A stretch of DNA of 64,000 nucleotides from contig NC_092671.1 of NCBI RefSeq assembly GCF_964355755.1, positions 5,952,001-6,016,000 on the forward strand, in the 5' to 3' direction. Positions 22,801 through 34,976 of the stretch are shown in pieces; positions within the stretch are counted from its first letter, which is position 1; each line of letters opens with the position of its first letter. The stretch comes from Antedon mediterranea. Its lineage: Eukaryota > Animalia > Echinodermata. Below the pieces are notes generated by a model. The model saw only the letters and a list, made by a program, of their open reading frames with translations. It was not told the DNA's origin and made no database searches. The position numbers and the translations under genes are program-made.

Positions 22801-25800
22801 TTAAAGAATTTTGCATTCCAAAAATAAAAACGGAACGATCAAAAAATTTTATTGTAAACTTTGGTCTCTTTCACAAGTGGTAAGCATATTTATTTATCCC
22901 TGCACAGTCGCTTCGTTCCCTGACTTGACTTCATTTTGTCTGTTGTTCGATGTTTTTGTGTTTTTTGATTTATATCGTTGATGGATTTGATATATTTTTT
23001 TCATTTAAGTCTAAGTATATATTTTTGTATAATTCAACCCAAAAGTTGCAATAAAAGTATTTTTACCAGTTTTTTTACCAGTGACAAGGTGATCTAGATG
23101 GTAGATCCACAGCTAGAATCACTTTGTGCTGTGATGGGAGAATCTAAGAAACTTTCTTCATGCATGATTTTATATTAAATTGAGATGGTAAAGCATAAAC
23201 ATGACAACTTGTTCAATGGAAAACATGCAAAAACCAACTAAAAACAACATATACCTGTTACAGTAAGAGAAGAACTTTCACCAGATACTGATGTAGAAGA
23301 AATTTCACCAGATGTATTAGGCACCACAGATGTGGAAGAACTCCTATCGGTGGTTGGGGTTGTAGAAGATTTACCAGATATATTAGGTACCACAGATGTG
23401 GAAGATTGCCCAACGATGGTTGTAGAAGTTTCACCAGATTCCTTAGGCACCACAGATGTGGAAGAACTGGAAATGGTGGTTGGGGTTGTAGAAGATTCAA
23501 CAGATGTATGAGGCACCACAGATGTGGAAGATAGTCCAACCGTAGGTTTGATAGCAAAAGGAAGAAGGGTTGTGGTTGACAAAGGTTGAACAGAAGGATT
23601 TGAAGAGGTTTCTGAAAGAGACAATGTGGAGAGCTCTATTGGTGTTGATGTTTGTTTTTGTATGTCAGATGATTCTGGTGGTAATGTTGTCATTATTTTG
23701 CTGTCTGTAATTATATCTGTTGTGGTTTCTAGTGTGGTTTCTGGTGAAAGTGTTGTTTTCAAAGATAGTAATTTTTCTGGAGAGGTTTCTGAAGAGGTTT
23801 CAAGGTAAGAAGGGGTTGAAGTAAGAGGTTGATTAGAGGTCAAAGGTTTACTATTTGGAGTTGTTGCTGCATCAGTGTCACTTTCCATTGCAATAAACAA
23901 TTCTGGCCAAGGCATTGCAACATAGTCCTCTTCTGGTAAGTTTTAAAGGAAATTTATAAGAAAAAAAAAGTTTATCCTATCTATAGGTTAAAGATATACT
24001 GTGTATTAAACCAACTATGAAACACTGTTAAAATGTAGATGTAAACAATAAGATAAAAATAAATATTTGAATATTGAATCATAACTTATCTATAATAAAA
24101 GCCCATATTAGTAGCTTCTAATTGAAATCCCCTTTAATAAAGGATAAATTAATCAAATCTTGTTATTAAATGGTAACAGTTTCAATAGAGATTTACATAG
24201 AGATTTGTTTAGTTAGTATGCATCTTGGCCAGCTGATTCTGGCATCTCATTAGTTGGATCAATTGTAACAACCAAAATTATGGGCATGCACTTCGTAGAT
24301 ATACAGATAAACATATTTTAACTACATTGTTTATAATGTAAAAACACAACAAAAGAAAATCATTTTAACTTCTGGCAGCTGCTTATGAATGAAATGAAAA
24401 TTCAAAGAAATATAAAAATAAAGATTTCATATTACTTTTATTATAGTGTTTGAATATGTAAGACAATCATTAATTTTTATAATTTATCTCAACTCACATT
24501 ATAAAACGGAAGATTTTTACCCTGTTTTATCACATATATCAAGCATGTAAAGAAACACACTATCAACCTAATTTGACAAAAAAATGTGATGTGCTCAAAT
24601 ATGATAGTGATATGCCCAAATATGGTACTGATATGACATCATCATATCCATATATGGGCACATCACATTTTTTGTCACATAAAGTTTGATAGTGTAGACT
24701 ATACATTCCACATCTGTTAGTACACACAGTACTCAAACATATAAGCAAAAAGAACATAATGAAAAAAGGGCCAAAACTGAAGTAATTATAACATGACAAA
24801 CTAGAATCCATTTCGTATTGATCCAGCTTATATTTTGCTCAGCTGTTAGAGTCAACTACTAGTTTACAGCTGTTGAGATAAATATCAACTAACATGATAG
24901 GACAGAATGGACGAAATTGCAAGAGAAAAATCCTTGAAAAGATATCATTTTATTCATGTGCTAGACATGTTCTGTTGCCATTCCTCTGTTCCCAATTTAT
25001 AATGTAATTAGTACTTTTATTCATACACTACAGCATAGTTTAATATCGAAACCTTGGTTTAACCTTTCACATTAGGACTTCAAGAAACATGATATTAAAG
25101 CATAAATAATTTTTTTAGAAATAAATTTAATTTAATTTTAAAAGAAAAGGGAAAGGTAACTCAAAATATTTAGTATTGTTTGAAGGTTTGCATGGAAAAA
25201 TTAAATGTTGATATAAAGTTTGCGGTACACCACATATATTAGTTAGTGATCGTCCTCAGGAGTGATAACACATAGTGGTCTATTGGACCCGAGTGGTGGA
25301 CACACATGGTGCAGTTCAATCAATAATCAACCAATCCTGGATGTGGTGAGTCTATAGTTTATGTCTAGAATCAGGGTTTTTAATCATTTACCTTTTTAAG
25401 ATTTAACTGTACTCACAATTTCTAATTTTTTTTTTGGAAATAAGTCGGCCACTTTAATTGTTATGCAGACTTAATAGGTTACCCTGATGTTCTTTTTAAA
25501 TATTTGTATCAAATACAATTCTATCAATCATGTAATGTTTCTGTGCCAACTCTCCTTGCCCAAAGCATAAATGTAACATGATGTATGTCATTAAACAATA
25601 ACATTAAATTAGGACAAAGTATAGCGGATTCTATTTAAACACTGCTTTGACGAGCAGATGATATTATGTGCAAAATGTTCTGATTACATAATGTCTTCTT
25701 CCACCCAATGTATCGATTGTTAAACGCTGCGAACCTGGACAGACAGACAGACTGGCCTTGGAATGTTACCGATTGATATTTAGGAAAAAGATGTTAAAAT

Positions 25801-27639
25801 CAGATAAATTAGGAAAAACTAATTTTGTTTAAAACAGGCATAATTGAGTTTAAGTGAACTTTAAATGCCCCTTTCTCGTATAGCTTACTGGCAGGATGTG
25901 ATGTGTAACTAACCATGTACCGTACTGTCTAGATGGGTTTAGAATTGGCCCACTAGGCCTTCATCTTTCATTATCAATTCAAGGTCATAATTTGGGCTTC
26001 TCACGGTACTACTACTGACTATGTAAATTATATATTTCATAAATGGTTAAATTTGACCTATTTGGCTTACAGTAATCACTGTCAACAATCAACAGTATTA
26101 CATTGAATTCTATACAAAAGGAGGGACTGGACTTTTTTTACCAATGTTTATTTGGTATTTTTGAGAAAAAATATATGAAACACTTACCATCAATATCTGT
26201 ATCTATTTGCCCATCATCTGTAAATGACATAGATAATAAAATATTTAAGATGCAGAATTGTACAGAACTGTTGAATTATGCCTCAAAGAAAAAAATAGTT
26301 TATGCCATATAACAAAATTATGAAAAAGCATGATTTTTTTAATCAATATTTGTTATTTTTAAATTATTATATATTGGACAAAAGGGCCGGGGAGGAGAGG
26401 AGGAATTTGATATGCTTAAAATAATGTGCCGTAAAAACAACAAACCTTGGTCCAGGTTCTATTCTGACTAAAGGTTTTGTACATAAATAAATTATGAAAT
26501 ATAAATACCTGTAGAAACCACGGACACGGAGAACGACTCAAGATCTGTATAGGAACAGACTTCAATAGGATGGCATCGTATCAGATAACAATTCTCTGAC
26601 GCGTTTGTCAAATGGAAGAGTGCCAATGTACAACCTAAAAGATACGTAAATTAGGAAGTTAATACAGTTTGGGATATCACACACACACACACACACGTGC
26701 ATATAAATTGGATTTAAGCTGATAATAATCATATCGGTGCTTGTGTGACAAGTTAACTCTAGTACCTCCTTGTTAACTCTCAGATTGTTGTAACATTATA
26801 TCACACACATTTAAATTCGGATGAAACATATAAATACGGTTGTTAAATTGATTCCTAGAGCTATTTACCTCCCAAGAGAAAAGAATGATTTTTGTTGGTT
26901 TGTCATGTCAGTTATTATTAGTATGGGGCAAACCTACGATTAGCAAAAGCTATTTTGTTTGCTCCAATTTGCTATTGGTAAATAAAGAAAGAATAATAAT
27001 AATGTGTGTAAACATATACAATAGTGTAGCATAATACATTTAGACTAACACCCTAAGCCAGCTCAACTAGATCCATACATCCAACAACTTGAAATACTGT
27101 GACTAAATCTATCAGCAGATACATTTTGTAATTGAAGCACTTTCTTTTGTTTCATTATAAAACTTGCCTGTCTTCTACAAGAAGCATCGACAATATGCAA
27201 GAAAGTGGGTATTTTCATTTGGAATGTTTTTGAATATTGTGAATGTTTTTGAATATTGTGGATGTTTGACTTGAGGGAAAGGTATGGATAAAAAAGGTAT
27301 GGATAAAAAAGGTATGGATAAAAAAGGTATGGATAAAAAAGGTATGGATAAAAAAGGTATGAATAAAAAAGGTATGTGCATAAAAAAGGTATGTGGATGC
27401 AAACCATCAAGTTGACAACAATTTTCTTGGCAGCTGTCTAAATTATCTTTGGTAACTGCGTCTAAGAGTTTAGCGCCTCTCTTGGTTGATTCTTCAAATT
27501 CAATTGCAACATCTATGCGCTGTTCATACGTACAAGTTTGATCTACATGTTGCCGTTTTTTGGAAGACCGTCGTGAATTGCCAACATTAACACAAATAAA
27601 AAATGCCAAAAACAACAAAACGTTTCTTTTTAACATCAT
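19711..27639 (-). CDS. MANSC1: MANSC-domain mucin-like type I membrane protein (MANSC1/C11orf24-like), ~482 aa: complement(join(19711..19850,20133..20190,20813..21024,23255..23932,26509..26634,27405..27639))
   Basis: Six GT-AG exons join in frame (1449 nt). They encode a signal peptide (MMLKRNVLLFLAFFICVNVG), a MANSC Cys pattern (C...SCQENCCQLDGCTLALF...NCYLIRCHPIEVC), an S/T/P-rich stalk, a TM helix (ALIASLCFGVLFACAICVLL) and the tail YSKVDYLINGMYN, like recalled MANSC1 YSRLDYLINGIY and C11orf24 YTQVDYLINGMY. Orthology to a specific paralog is not established. Confidence 0.85.
20133..20190 (-). CDS. MANSC1: MANSC gene 58-nt juxtamembrane exon (NVSNVVLNSEVAYNKLSSN)
   Basis: ttctcag acceptor, G|gtaagt donor; its phase 0->1 is exactly what is needed to link the flanking exons. 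Confidence 0.82.
20336..20457. mobile_element. MITE family A copy, TTA TSD
   Basis: Both TIRs present, TTA on both sides. Confidence 0.85.
20813..21024 (-). CDS. MANSC1: MANSC gene Thr-rich exon
   Basis: ctttag acceptor, AAG|gtacga donor, phase 1->0. Confidence 0.8.
21892..22144. mobile_element. Tc2/pogo-like MITE (CCGT...CGG termini)
   Basis: Imperfect TIRs CCGTGTATCATCGGGTATAAATCCCAC / CCGCATATCCTTTGGTATAATCCCAC; TA at the right end. Confidence 0.55.
22180..23082 (+). mobile_element. 5'-truncated non-LTR retrotransposon (CR1/L2 supergroup): RT C-terminus + 3' UTR
   Basis: ORF 22119..22883 contains LNAKKT, KLLGIII.DNLSW..HI, RLYFLKQLRRSG, IRPVLEYA.PVW and LESIQRRALR; 3' hairpin, AATAAA and (TTTTTACCAGT)2 tail; 5' boundary approximate. 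Confidence 0.9.
23255..23932 (-). CDS. MANSC1: MANSC gene mucin-like S/T/P-rich exon
   Basis: 678 nt open frame, cttaccag acceptor, G|gtatat donor, phase 1->1; internal SSTSVVP repeats. Confidence 0.85.
24557..24699. mobile_element. MITE family A copy
   Basis: ACACTATCAA...TTTGATAGTGTAGAC with family internal sequence. Confidence 0.8.
26509..26634 (-). CDS. MANSC1: MANSC gene exon (C-half of MANSC domain)
   Basis: CTLALFHLTNASENCYLIRCHPIEVCSYTDLESFSVSVVST; ttttag acceptor, G|gtattt donor, phase 1->1. Confidence 0.88.
27279..27398. repeat. 15-bp tandem repeat (AAAAAAGGTATGGAT) at the start of a MANSC intron
   Basis: About 7-8 units; source of the PFLSI / LFYPY pseudo-ORFs. Confidence 0.9.
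27405..27639 (-). CDS. MANSC1: MANSC gene first coding exon (signal peptide + N-half of MANSC domain)
   Basis: Exon starts at 27654 after ttctag, ATG at 27639, G|gtttgc donor. Confidence 0.85.
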
Positions 27640-28728
27640 CACGAAGTACTGTACCTAGAAAATAAAAATGAGTTTCATAAAATGATAATAGTAATATTTT
27701 CAAGTGTGTATTATTTTGATTAGCAAACAATGTTATTTTGTGTAAAACTCATATTTATTATTATTATTTAAATATTAACCTATGATCCAAATTTAAATTT
27801 TGAATATCTGATAGTAATTTACAGTTTTACCAGCATTCTATTCACAGGCAATGGAGAGCAAATAGACTTACCTTTATTCAGTCCTACAGCGCAGTACTAA
27901 AATAACTAGAGATGTCTTGTACCACTTTAGGGTTATATTACTTATAGTAGTGTTTCCTACACAGGGTCCAAACAAGTGAGCTAACTACAGTAGCCTATTC
28001 TGGTTATGTAGGTCAGCCATGCATTTCAACCGGCTGATTTACATGCAAATGAGCAAACCAGACAGTTTATTCAAGAGACCAAGTTTACCATAATTGCAAG
28101 TATAGAAAAGACATCAATCAAGTTATGATTGGTCGGTTAAAATACTTGCGTATTATTATACATTTTGGTCAATTCATATTCAAAGTTAAAATGCTGTTTT
28201 GATTGACAGTTGGATGGTGTACTGATGAGGTTTTATGGACCCGACTTCAATTCTCAGACTCTGCATGATAATTATTTTAAACTTTCAGGGCTGAATCGTC
28301 TCAGGGCAGTCGTCCTGTGCCGAATCGTCTCACTACCGTTTTTCTTTAAATAAAATTTCGAAGGTCAAAGGCATGACAGGTTTTTACGCTTTGTGTGAGG
28401 ACCAATCACAGTGCAGTTAACATCTTTGCGCTAACGGAAAGTGCTCCGAAATATTATAATTATCCCCTCCTTACTATATTATTACTACTACTAGGCTAGA
28501 GGCCATATAGCCTCTACTACTAAACCTAGCTAAGCTACCACCATATAAAGATTTAGGGGAGGGCTAGGCTATACCAACACAACATAGTCTAGAGAGGGAG
28601 ATGATGATGTAACCCTGATGAGTGGTAGTTAGACTAGCTAGGTACAGTAGGTAGAGGCCTAGCCTATTTGATAAGGTATACTGTAAACTGTATTGCACTC
28701 ATTTGTAATTTATAATGAAAGTACTTAC

Positions 28729-28860
28729 TTTTCGTTTATTTATATGAAAAATTTACCTAATTTCTAAAACTTATTTGAAATAAATTCATGGCATTTGCCT
28801 CTGATTTTACATTAGAGGATTGCTTTAACTCTCTTTCTTCTGACTGGTGGCTTATCTAAT
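28729..28860 (-). other. Probable non-coding first exon of the MANSC gene (5' boundary approximate)
   Basis: Strong minus-strand donor AA|gtaagt at 28728, immediately downstream of the promoter motif cluster. Confidence 0.45.
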
Positions 28861-28869
28861 GTTTACCTA

Positions 28870-28990
28870 CTTTTTTGTGTGCGCATGCAACGTATGAATT
28901 GTCTCTAGCGCCACCTAGGCTAGGCTTATAATATTTATCTTTGCTTCCGGTTTCGTTACGTTACGTGTTTCTGACATAATTTGCGCGATT
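28870..28990. promoter_or_regulatory. Putative bidirectional promoter
   Basis: CpG-enriched island between divergent first exons; NRF1-like TGCGCATGCA (28880), CTCF-like GCGCCACCTAGG (28908), ETS-like CTTCCGG (28944). Confidence 0.55.
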
Positions 28991-29225
28991 TTAAGAATTT
29001 CAACGAAGGCTGCAATTTTGATACCTTATATCATCTTTGCTTTGGTCGATTTTTTATACTGACAGTCACAAAATAAACGTATAAACGTTTGGATTTTTTT
29101 TTGCTTCGAAACTTTCCTGATGTAACAAAAAATCGATATAGCGCCCTCAGTAAAAGATCACATTCACGCCAAATCGTCTCCGCCGAAAAATCCCCGTTTT
29201 TTGTGTGTGTGTTGGATATTCATCC

Positions 29226-29265
29226 ATGGCGGAAAGGAGGCCGAATGAATGCAGTACATTGAACG
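29226..29265 (+). CDS. Putative first coding exon of an unidentified large gene (MAERRPNECSTLN)
   Basis: ccATGG start context, G|gtaggt donor (phase 1), located in the CpG-rich region just downstream of the promoter. Confidence 0.5.
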
Positions 29266-31346
29266 GTAGGTTTTTGACACGAAAAATACTACACTTGAAA
29301 GTTCACTGTCCAGTCGTTCATTCATGCAACATTTTGCGTTATTCAAATGAAACAGTTTATTCGTTTATTATGATTAGTATGTGAATAATAGATATAATAC
29401 TAGGTAGTGTTCTGTTAGCCGGAGACGATGTGTAGTCTGAATAATCTAGCCTAAGTTTGGGAAGTTATCGATGAAATGAGTTACGGCGACCCCTGGACCG
29501 AAGTTGTCCCTGGTTCAATAACGTCGCCGGATAGCTTAGAATGTGCTGCGGCCTAGAATGCTTATACCGGTTTATTATTATGGTCTTTTGAACCTTGAAA
29601 AGATTGACTTTATTCTGCTATTATTAAATGGGATTGATTTATTTATCCAGAACTGTTCATGAGAAACATATTTACTATGCTTATTAGAGGCTAGGCGAGA
29701 TAGATTATTATTAATTAATAATTTAAATGTATTGTATATGCTGACATTTATTTACAGTAGACAACACACTGCATGTAATGTAAAGTTATTGACAGTTTTG
29801 TGTGCACTTACTAAAACACTTATTATTACAAGATTGTCTGTGATATATTTCTAAATTTAGGTTTTTAACATGTTCGTAAGTGTAGGTGTAGGGTCCAACT
29901 AAAAACTGCCTGGAACGCTCTACGAGGAATCCAAGTGTTCTCCTGGCATTCAGGCCGTTTCTTGTAGGAATATGTTGTGACGGATTGCACGGTCTCTTCT
30001 CTGGACAGCCAACCAGTGGCCATGTATTACCAATCAAACTTAGGCTTAGTGCCTAAGTGTGATTGTTGAAATACGGCCACTGGTGTTTGACTCAAAACCA
30101 TACAAATATTATTAACGCAGCACTAGCCTATATGTTTTGTAATTGCCAAAAAAGAGAATAATTTTTATTACTTATTTTTAGTATTGAAAGTTAAAAACGA
30201 TTGTACTTTACTAATGAATTTCCACATTAAAAATGTATCAAAAGTAACCTTCAGAATAAAATGTTTTCAACAAAGTAGCTCTTTATTTCCTGAGGCTTAA
30301 TAATTTAATATAAATGACTAATGCAATTTGTTCAATGAAACTTTATAATTAGATTAATATTGTAATTATGATTGAATGATATAAAATGTGTCTTTGGTTT
30401 AAGAAAATAATGTTTTAAACCTATACTGAAGTAGATTACAGTATACAACAATGTTTGTTTCACCATCCAATTTCACAATTATTCAGTTAATATTATGACA
30501 TTTGACACACTTTTAAAAAATTAAATTAATATACAATATTTACTGTTAATCTATAAAAATGAATGATGTAACGCAGAGGCCTGAGGCCCCTGGTTTAAGA
30601 ACGCTATGTGGCCGGCCCTTCAATGCTGGAGGAATCGCGCCTCCTTCAAAATATTTTAATGCCTGTTTTTTCCTCTGGACCCTGCTCAGGGCCCCATGAG
30701 CTCAAGGGCCCCTGGAGTTAGACAGTGAGAGCTCATGGTCGTTATACCACTGACAGTAGTTACATGAAAGGTGGGGAAAAAATTATACTTTCAGGTACTG
30801 TAAATAGAGGCACAGTATCTTGGATGTGTTGTGTGGAAGATTTTGAAGGTGGTTTGGACTGTGCGTGCCTATGTCCACCCAGCACAAAAACATACATCTT
30901 AAAAATACAACAATCGGCTGACTCTAATACTTTGGCATTGTATTCTGTTAAAATAATATAGTTTGTTTAATTACCAGTTCCATCAATTGTTATTGATGCT
31001 TTTAATGGATTCTACTGTAAAAACCATAATCCCTGTGTATAAGATTTTATTATGCATATTGATCATACCTTTTTATCAATAAGTGTTGAGAGTATAGCTT
31101 TTGATCAGGTATGCTGGACAGGCCTGTAAAACATTTAAAACCTACAAGACTGGTCCGTTTTATTTTAGAGAGTAAATATGTTTAATACAGAAAATTTCTG
31201 TTTTTGGCCAGTAAAATTGAATTTGAACGAGTAAGAAAACTGATCTACTGGCCTGATTGGTCAGTTTGATATTCATAGTACAACCCATTAATAATAATGC
31301 GACATATATATGGCCCTATTTTGATCACAGCGCTTTGAGTGTATAT

Positions 31347-31843
31347 TGTATGTGATAGTGTAGCACATGGTACTGTATGTGATAGTGTAGCACATGGTAC
31401 TGTATGTGATAGTGTAGCACATGGTACTGTATGTGATAGTGTAGCACATGGTACTGTATGTGATAGTGTACTGTAGCACATGGTACTGTATGTGATAGTG
31501 TAGCACATGGTACTGTATGTGATAGTGTAGCACATGGTACTGTATGTGATAGTGTAGCACATGGTACTGTATGTGATAGTGTAGCACATGGTACTGTATG
31601 TGATAGTGTAGCACATGGTACTGTATGTGATAGTGTAGCACATGGTACTGTATGTGATAGTGTAGCACATGGTAGTATGTGATAGTGTAGCACATGGTAC
31701 TGTATGTGATAGTGTAGCACATGGTACTGTATGTGATAGTGTAGCACATGGTACTGTATGTGATAGTGTAGCACATGGTACTGTATGTGATAGTGTAGCA
31801 CTTGGTACTGTATGTGATAGTGTAGCACATGGTACTGTATGTG
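31347..31843. repeat. 27-bp minisatellite (TGTATGTGATAGTGTAGCACATGGTAC), ~18 units
   Basis: Near-perfect units with two small indel variants. Confidence 0.95.
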
Positions 31844-33589
31844 AATGGGTACATTAGGAATACACTACTATACAATTAGTGCTTTAAATTGAGGGGTATG
31901 GTTGAGGAGGTGATTTGTGGAATGCTATCAAGAGATCAGATATGTATCCAGATTTGATATTCTCATCATCCATTTTTATTTAGTGAGCAGATTGTTTAGT
32001 GTCATGTCGTATGCTGACAAGGTGCTTGTCATGTTATCCTTTTAAATTGTATAATAAAGCTATTTAAAAGGCAATCCTAACTTTTCTATCACCGTGTAAT
32101 CATTTTGTGCAAAAGAAACTTTACAAAATTAATGAGACATGTTGTAAAACTATTAACCAATCAAATGGCATGAATTTAGATAACCTTCTTTGAGACCTGG
32201 AGAACTTTTTTTTTACTCAATACGGTACTTGCTAGGTTCTAGTTCCTACTCAATAACTACTATTTGTACTACAAGAGGTTACGTTATGAAAAAAATGAAC
32301 AGTTTTTTGCTATTTTATTAGTTATTTACACTACAGTATTTGTTGTGTAAAATTGTTCCAACTATACAGTAGAATGTACAGTAGTGTGTATAGTTACAAA
32401 CAGTTTTACTGTATTTTGAAATGTTTGTTGGGTTTGATTAATTAAATTGGCAACATTTAAATTAAAAATGTCAAAATTGATTTAGAAATCAGTCTCGAAC
32501 AAACGTGCGTTAGCAGTTTTATTAAAAACATTTTTTACGTTTGCAAGTGCATCATTGAACTCATCAAAATTTCGAAGGAATAAGTTAATCAACAAGAGCA
32601 GATGTTTAAAAATTCTGATATCACATGATTAGATCGACCAATAACAGCGAAGCTAACATAGAAATAGGATCTGACTTGCTGTAAGGTTTTGTCCAAGGTC
32701 ATATATGGGTCAAAATCTAGGTCATGATAAAGTAACAAAGAAAAAATGTATTTTATTTTAGGATCTAGTTGAAGGTTATGGAATTATAATTATGATGGTT
32801 AATAAAATGATATTGAATGGTTGAGCGTAATATTGAACATGTACTGACAGCAAAGTGATTGATAATCTATATAAACATATTTACACTATAAAATATATAT
32901 AAAAAAAAGATATGGATTGCCTACCAGTACAGTACTAGCTGCAGTTTAATTTGTCTGTGTTTATTTATATTTTATGTATTTTAGAAGATATTCGTTAGTT
33001 ATCAATATTTACTGTATTATAAGTTATTTATTTATAGTGCAGTATGAAATTAAAATGGTCTAAACAAATTATCAAACTGTATAATTTTAGTAACTTTTTA
33101 TAAACGTCAGGGCGGTAATAATAATAATAATAAAAAAAAGAAATGATAGCCGATATTTTTTATCAAACCTAAATTCGCAAATTTTCATACGGTTGCATTT
33201 CTTACTATATTCTTCAAATTTCTTAAAGGTGATTTTACAGTTTGACCTACTAATACTATACAACAAACATATTTCTTTCATTCTCTATGGATACAAAACA
33301 ATATGTGATATATTGTTTGAACTTGAGAAAATCAATACATGTTTTATAGGTCATTGTATAATTCCCTCTAATTGTTCAAAGTAAAATATTCTACAATATT
33401 CTCTATAGTGTACTACTATACAAGTAACATCAATAAATGAAATTTTATTTTGGTCTTGAAATTTGCCTTAATTGTCAAAGAAAACAATATAAAACATTTT
33501 AAAAATATGATAAAATATTATAAACAGATTAAAACCTATTTTAATTTCTGTGAATACAATATTGATTTAGAAATTCTTTAAACATTATT

Positions 33590-34005
33590 TATTTAATTTT
33601 TTAAATTTAATTTAGGATTTATATAGCGCTTTTCCAAGTGACCAAAGCGCTGTATAATAGAAAATACTATATACTCAACAAAACTTACAAAAAACAAAAA
33701 AAAGAAAATGGAATGAAAATACAAAAATATATATATATAAAAACTATGAGGGCCTATACAAAAAGTTACCGTAATTTCATTAACATTATTTAGGAAAGAG
33801 ATAGGTTTTTAACATTTTCTTGAAATATTGCACATTTGGGGCTTCACGAATATAAGATGGTAAGTTATTCCACAATCTAGGACCGATGACAGAAAAACAC
33901 TTATCGCCAAACGACCTCTTGGGGATGGCAAGACGGGTATGGTCTTGGGTAGATCGAAGTCCATGCCGACCAGAATGGTGTTTGTTTATAAGGTCCTATA
34001 AATAA
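33590..34005 (-). mobile_element. L2-type LINE 3' fragment
   Basis: Minus translation FGDKCFSVIGPRLWNNLPSYIREAPNVQYFKKMLKTYLF; L2-like tail AAGCGCTATATAAAT. Confidence 0.8.
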
Positions 34006-34850
34006 CCATTCAGATTTATAATGTTTTAGATTTTTGTAAAATGTTTTCTTTAATACCAGTTAAAGGTGAATTTATAAAGTTTTTCCCATCTTTACAATTT
34101 CCATGGATACAATTTGTGGCATTTTCTCTGAACTTTGTTAAGATCAATAAGTGTTCTAGGTTGTTAAAATCAATAATTTTCATTAGAGTCAGTTTATTGT
34201 TTATTGTGCAATGTTATACTTCATTAATTCCTTATCATTGATCTCTTTACTACTGTATGGTATGATCTCTATTTTTTTGTTACAATTATAAAAGATGTAT
34301 TGTCCCCCAAAAACATGAAAAATAAAGATTAATTAAATCATACTTTGAATAGGCCATTTTGTAGTTTTAACAAAGTTAATCACTTCTGTAGAAAAAAAAT
34401 GGAAAAAAATTAATGTTTTCACTAATTTAATACTAAAATGACAAAAAAATAAGTGGTTAAATAAATTCAACCAAAAACCCATTGGTTGCTAGCCAATTTG
34501 ACACAGTTTTTTCAAGTAAATCATTTTTTTTTCAGATCCAATTTTTGGTCAAAGTGAATAACTATATAGTGTACAATATATGTGACATTAAAATGACATA
34601 TTCAACAAACAAATTTTTAAACAATTATTTCTTTAAAGGGTCAATAAATCTTTAAAAGAATATTAATTGGTTTATATATTTGTCCCCTTGTATTGTACAA
34701 GAATAAAACCAAAAATAAAATATTGTTCGTTTTTTATGTACCGTGTGTAAAATTTAAATCACTGTGTATCCAGTATTGCAAGGGTGGTAATTTTTTCCAA
34801 CCATTCCAGCCCTTCCCTAATTTCAACATCTACTGTAAATAAAACGTTTA

Positions 34851-34976
34851 AGCTTGGTTCCCACTAGGATGTAAGCACAATGTAAGTACACAAGAGATTT
34901 AAACTGTCGCCTGTCAATTGGTCAACTCACTGCATTGCATTGCTGCAACGTGTCCTACTGTACTGGGGACCAAGAT
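34851..34976. mobile_element. Small Harbinger-type MITE (AGCTTGGTTCCCACT TIR), TTA TSD
   Basis: Imperfect TIRs, TTA on both sides. Confidence 0.6.

Noticed and set aside
23258-23808. ORFs 23258- and 23626+
   Set aside because: Shadow frames of the mucin exon.
27063-27404. C-terminal PFLSI-repeat extension of ORF 27175..27642, and ORF 27063
   Set aside because: Read-through into an intronic 15-bp repeat; the donor at 27404 completes the MANSC domain with the next exon.
31245-31875. Repetitive ORFs (MCYTITYST, HYHIQYHVL)
   Set aside because: Artefacts of a stop-free 27-bp satellite; no splice or promoter support.
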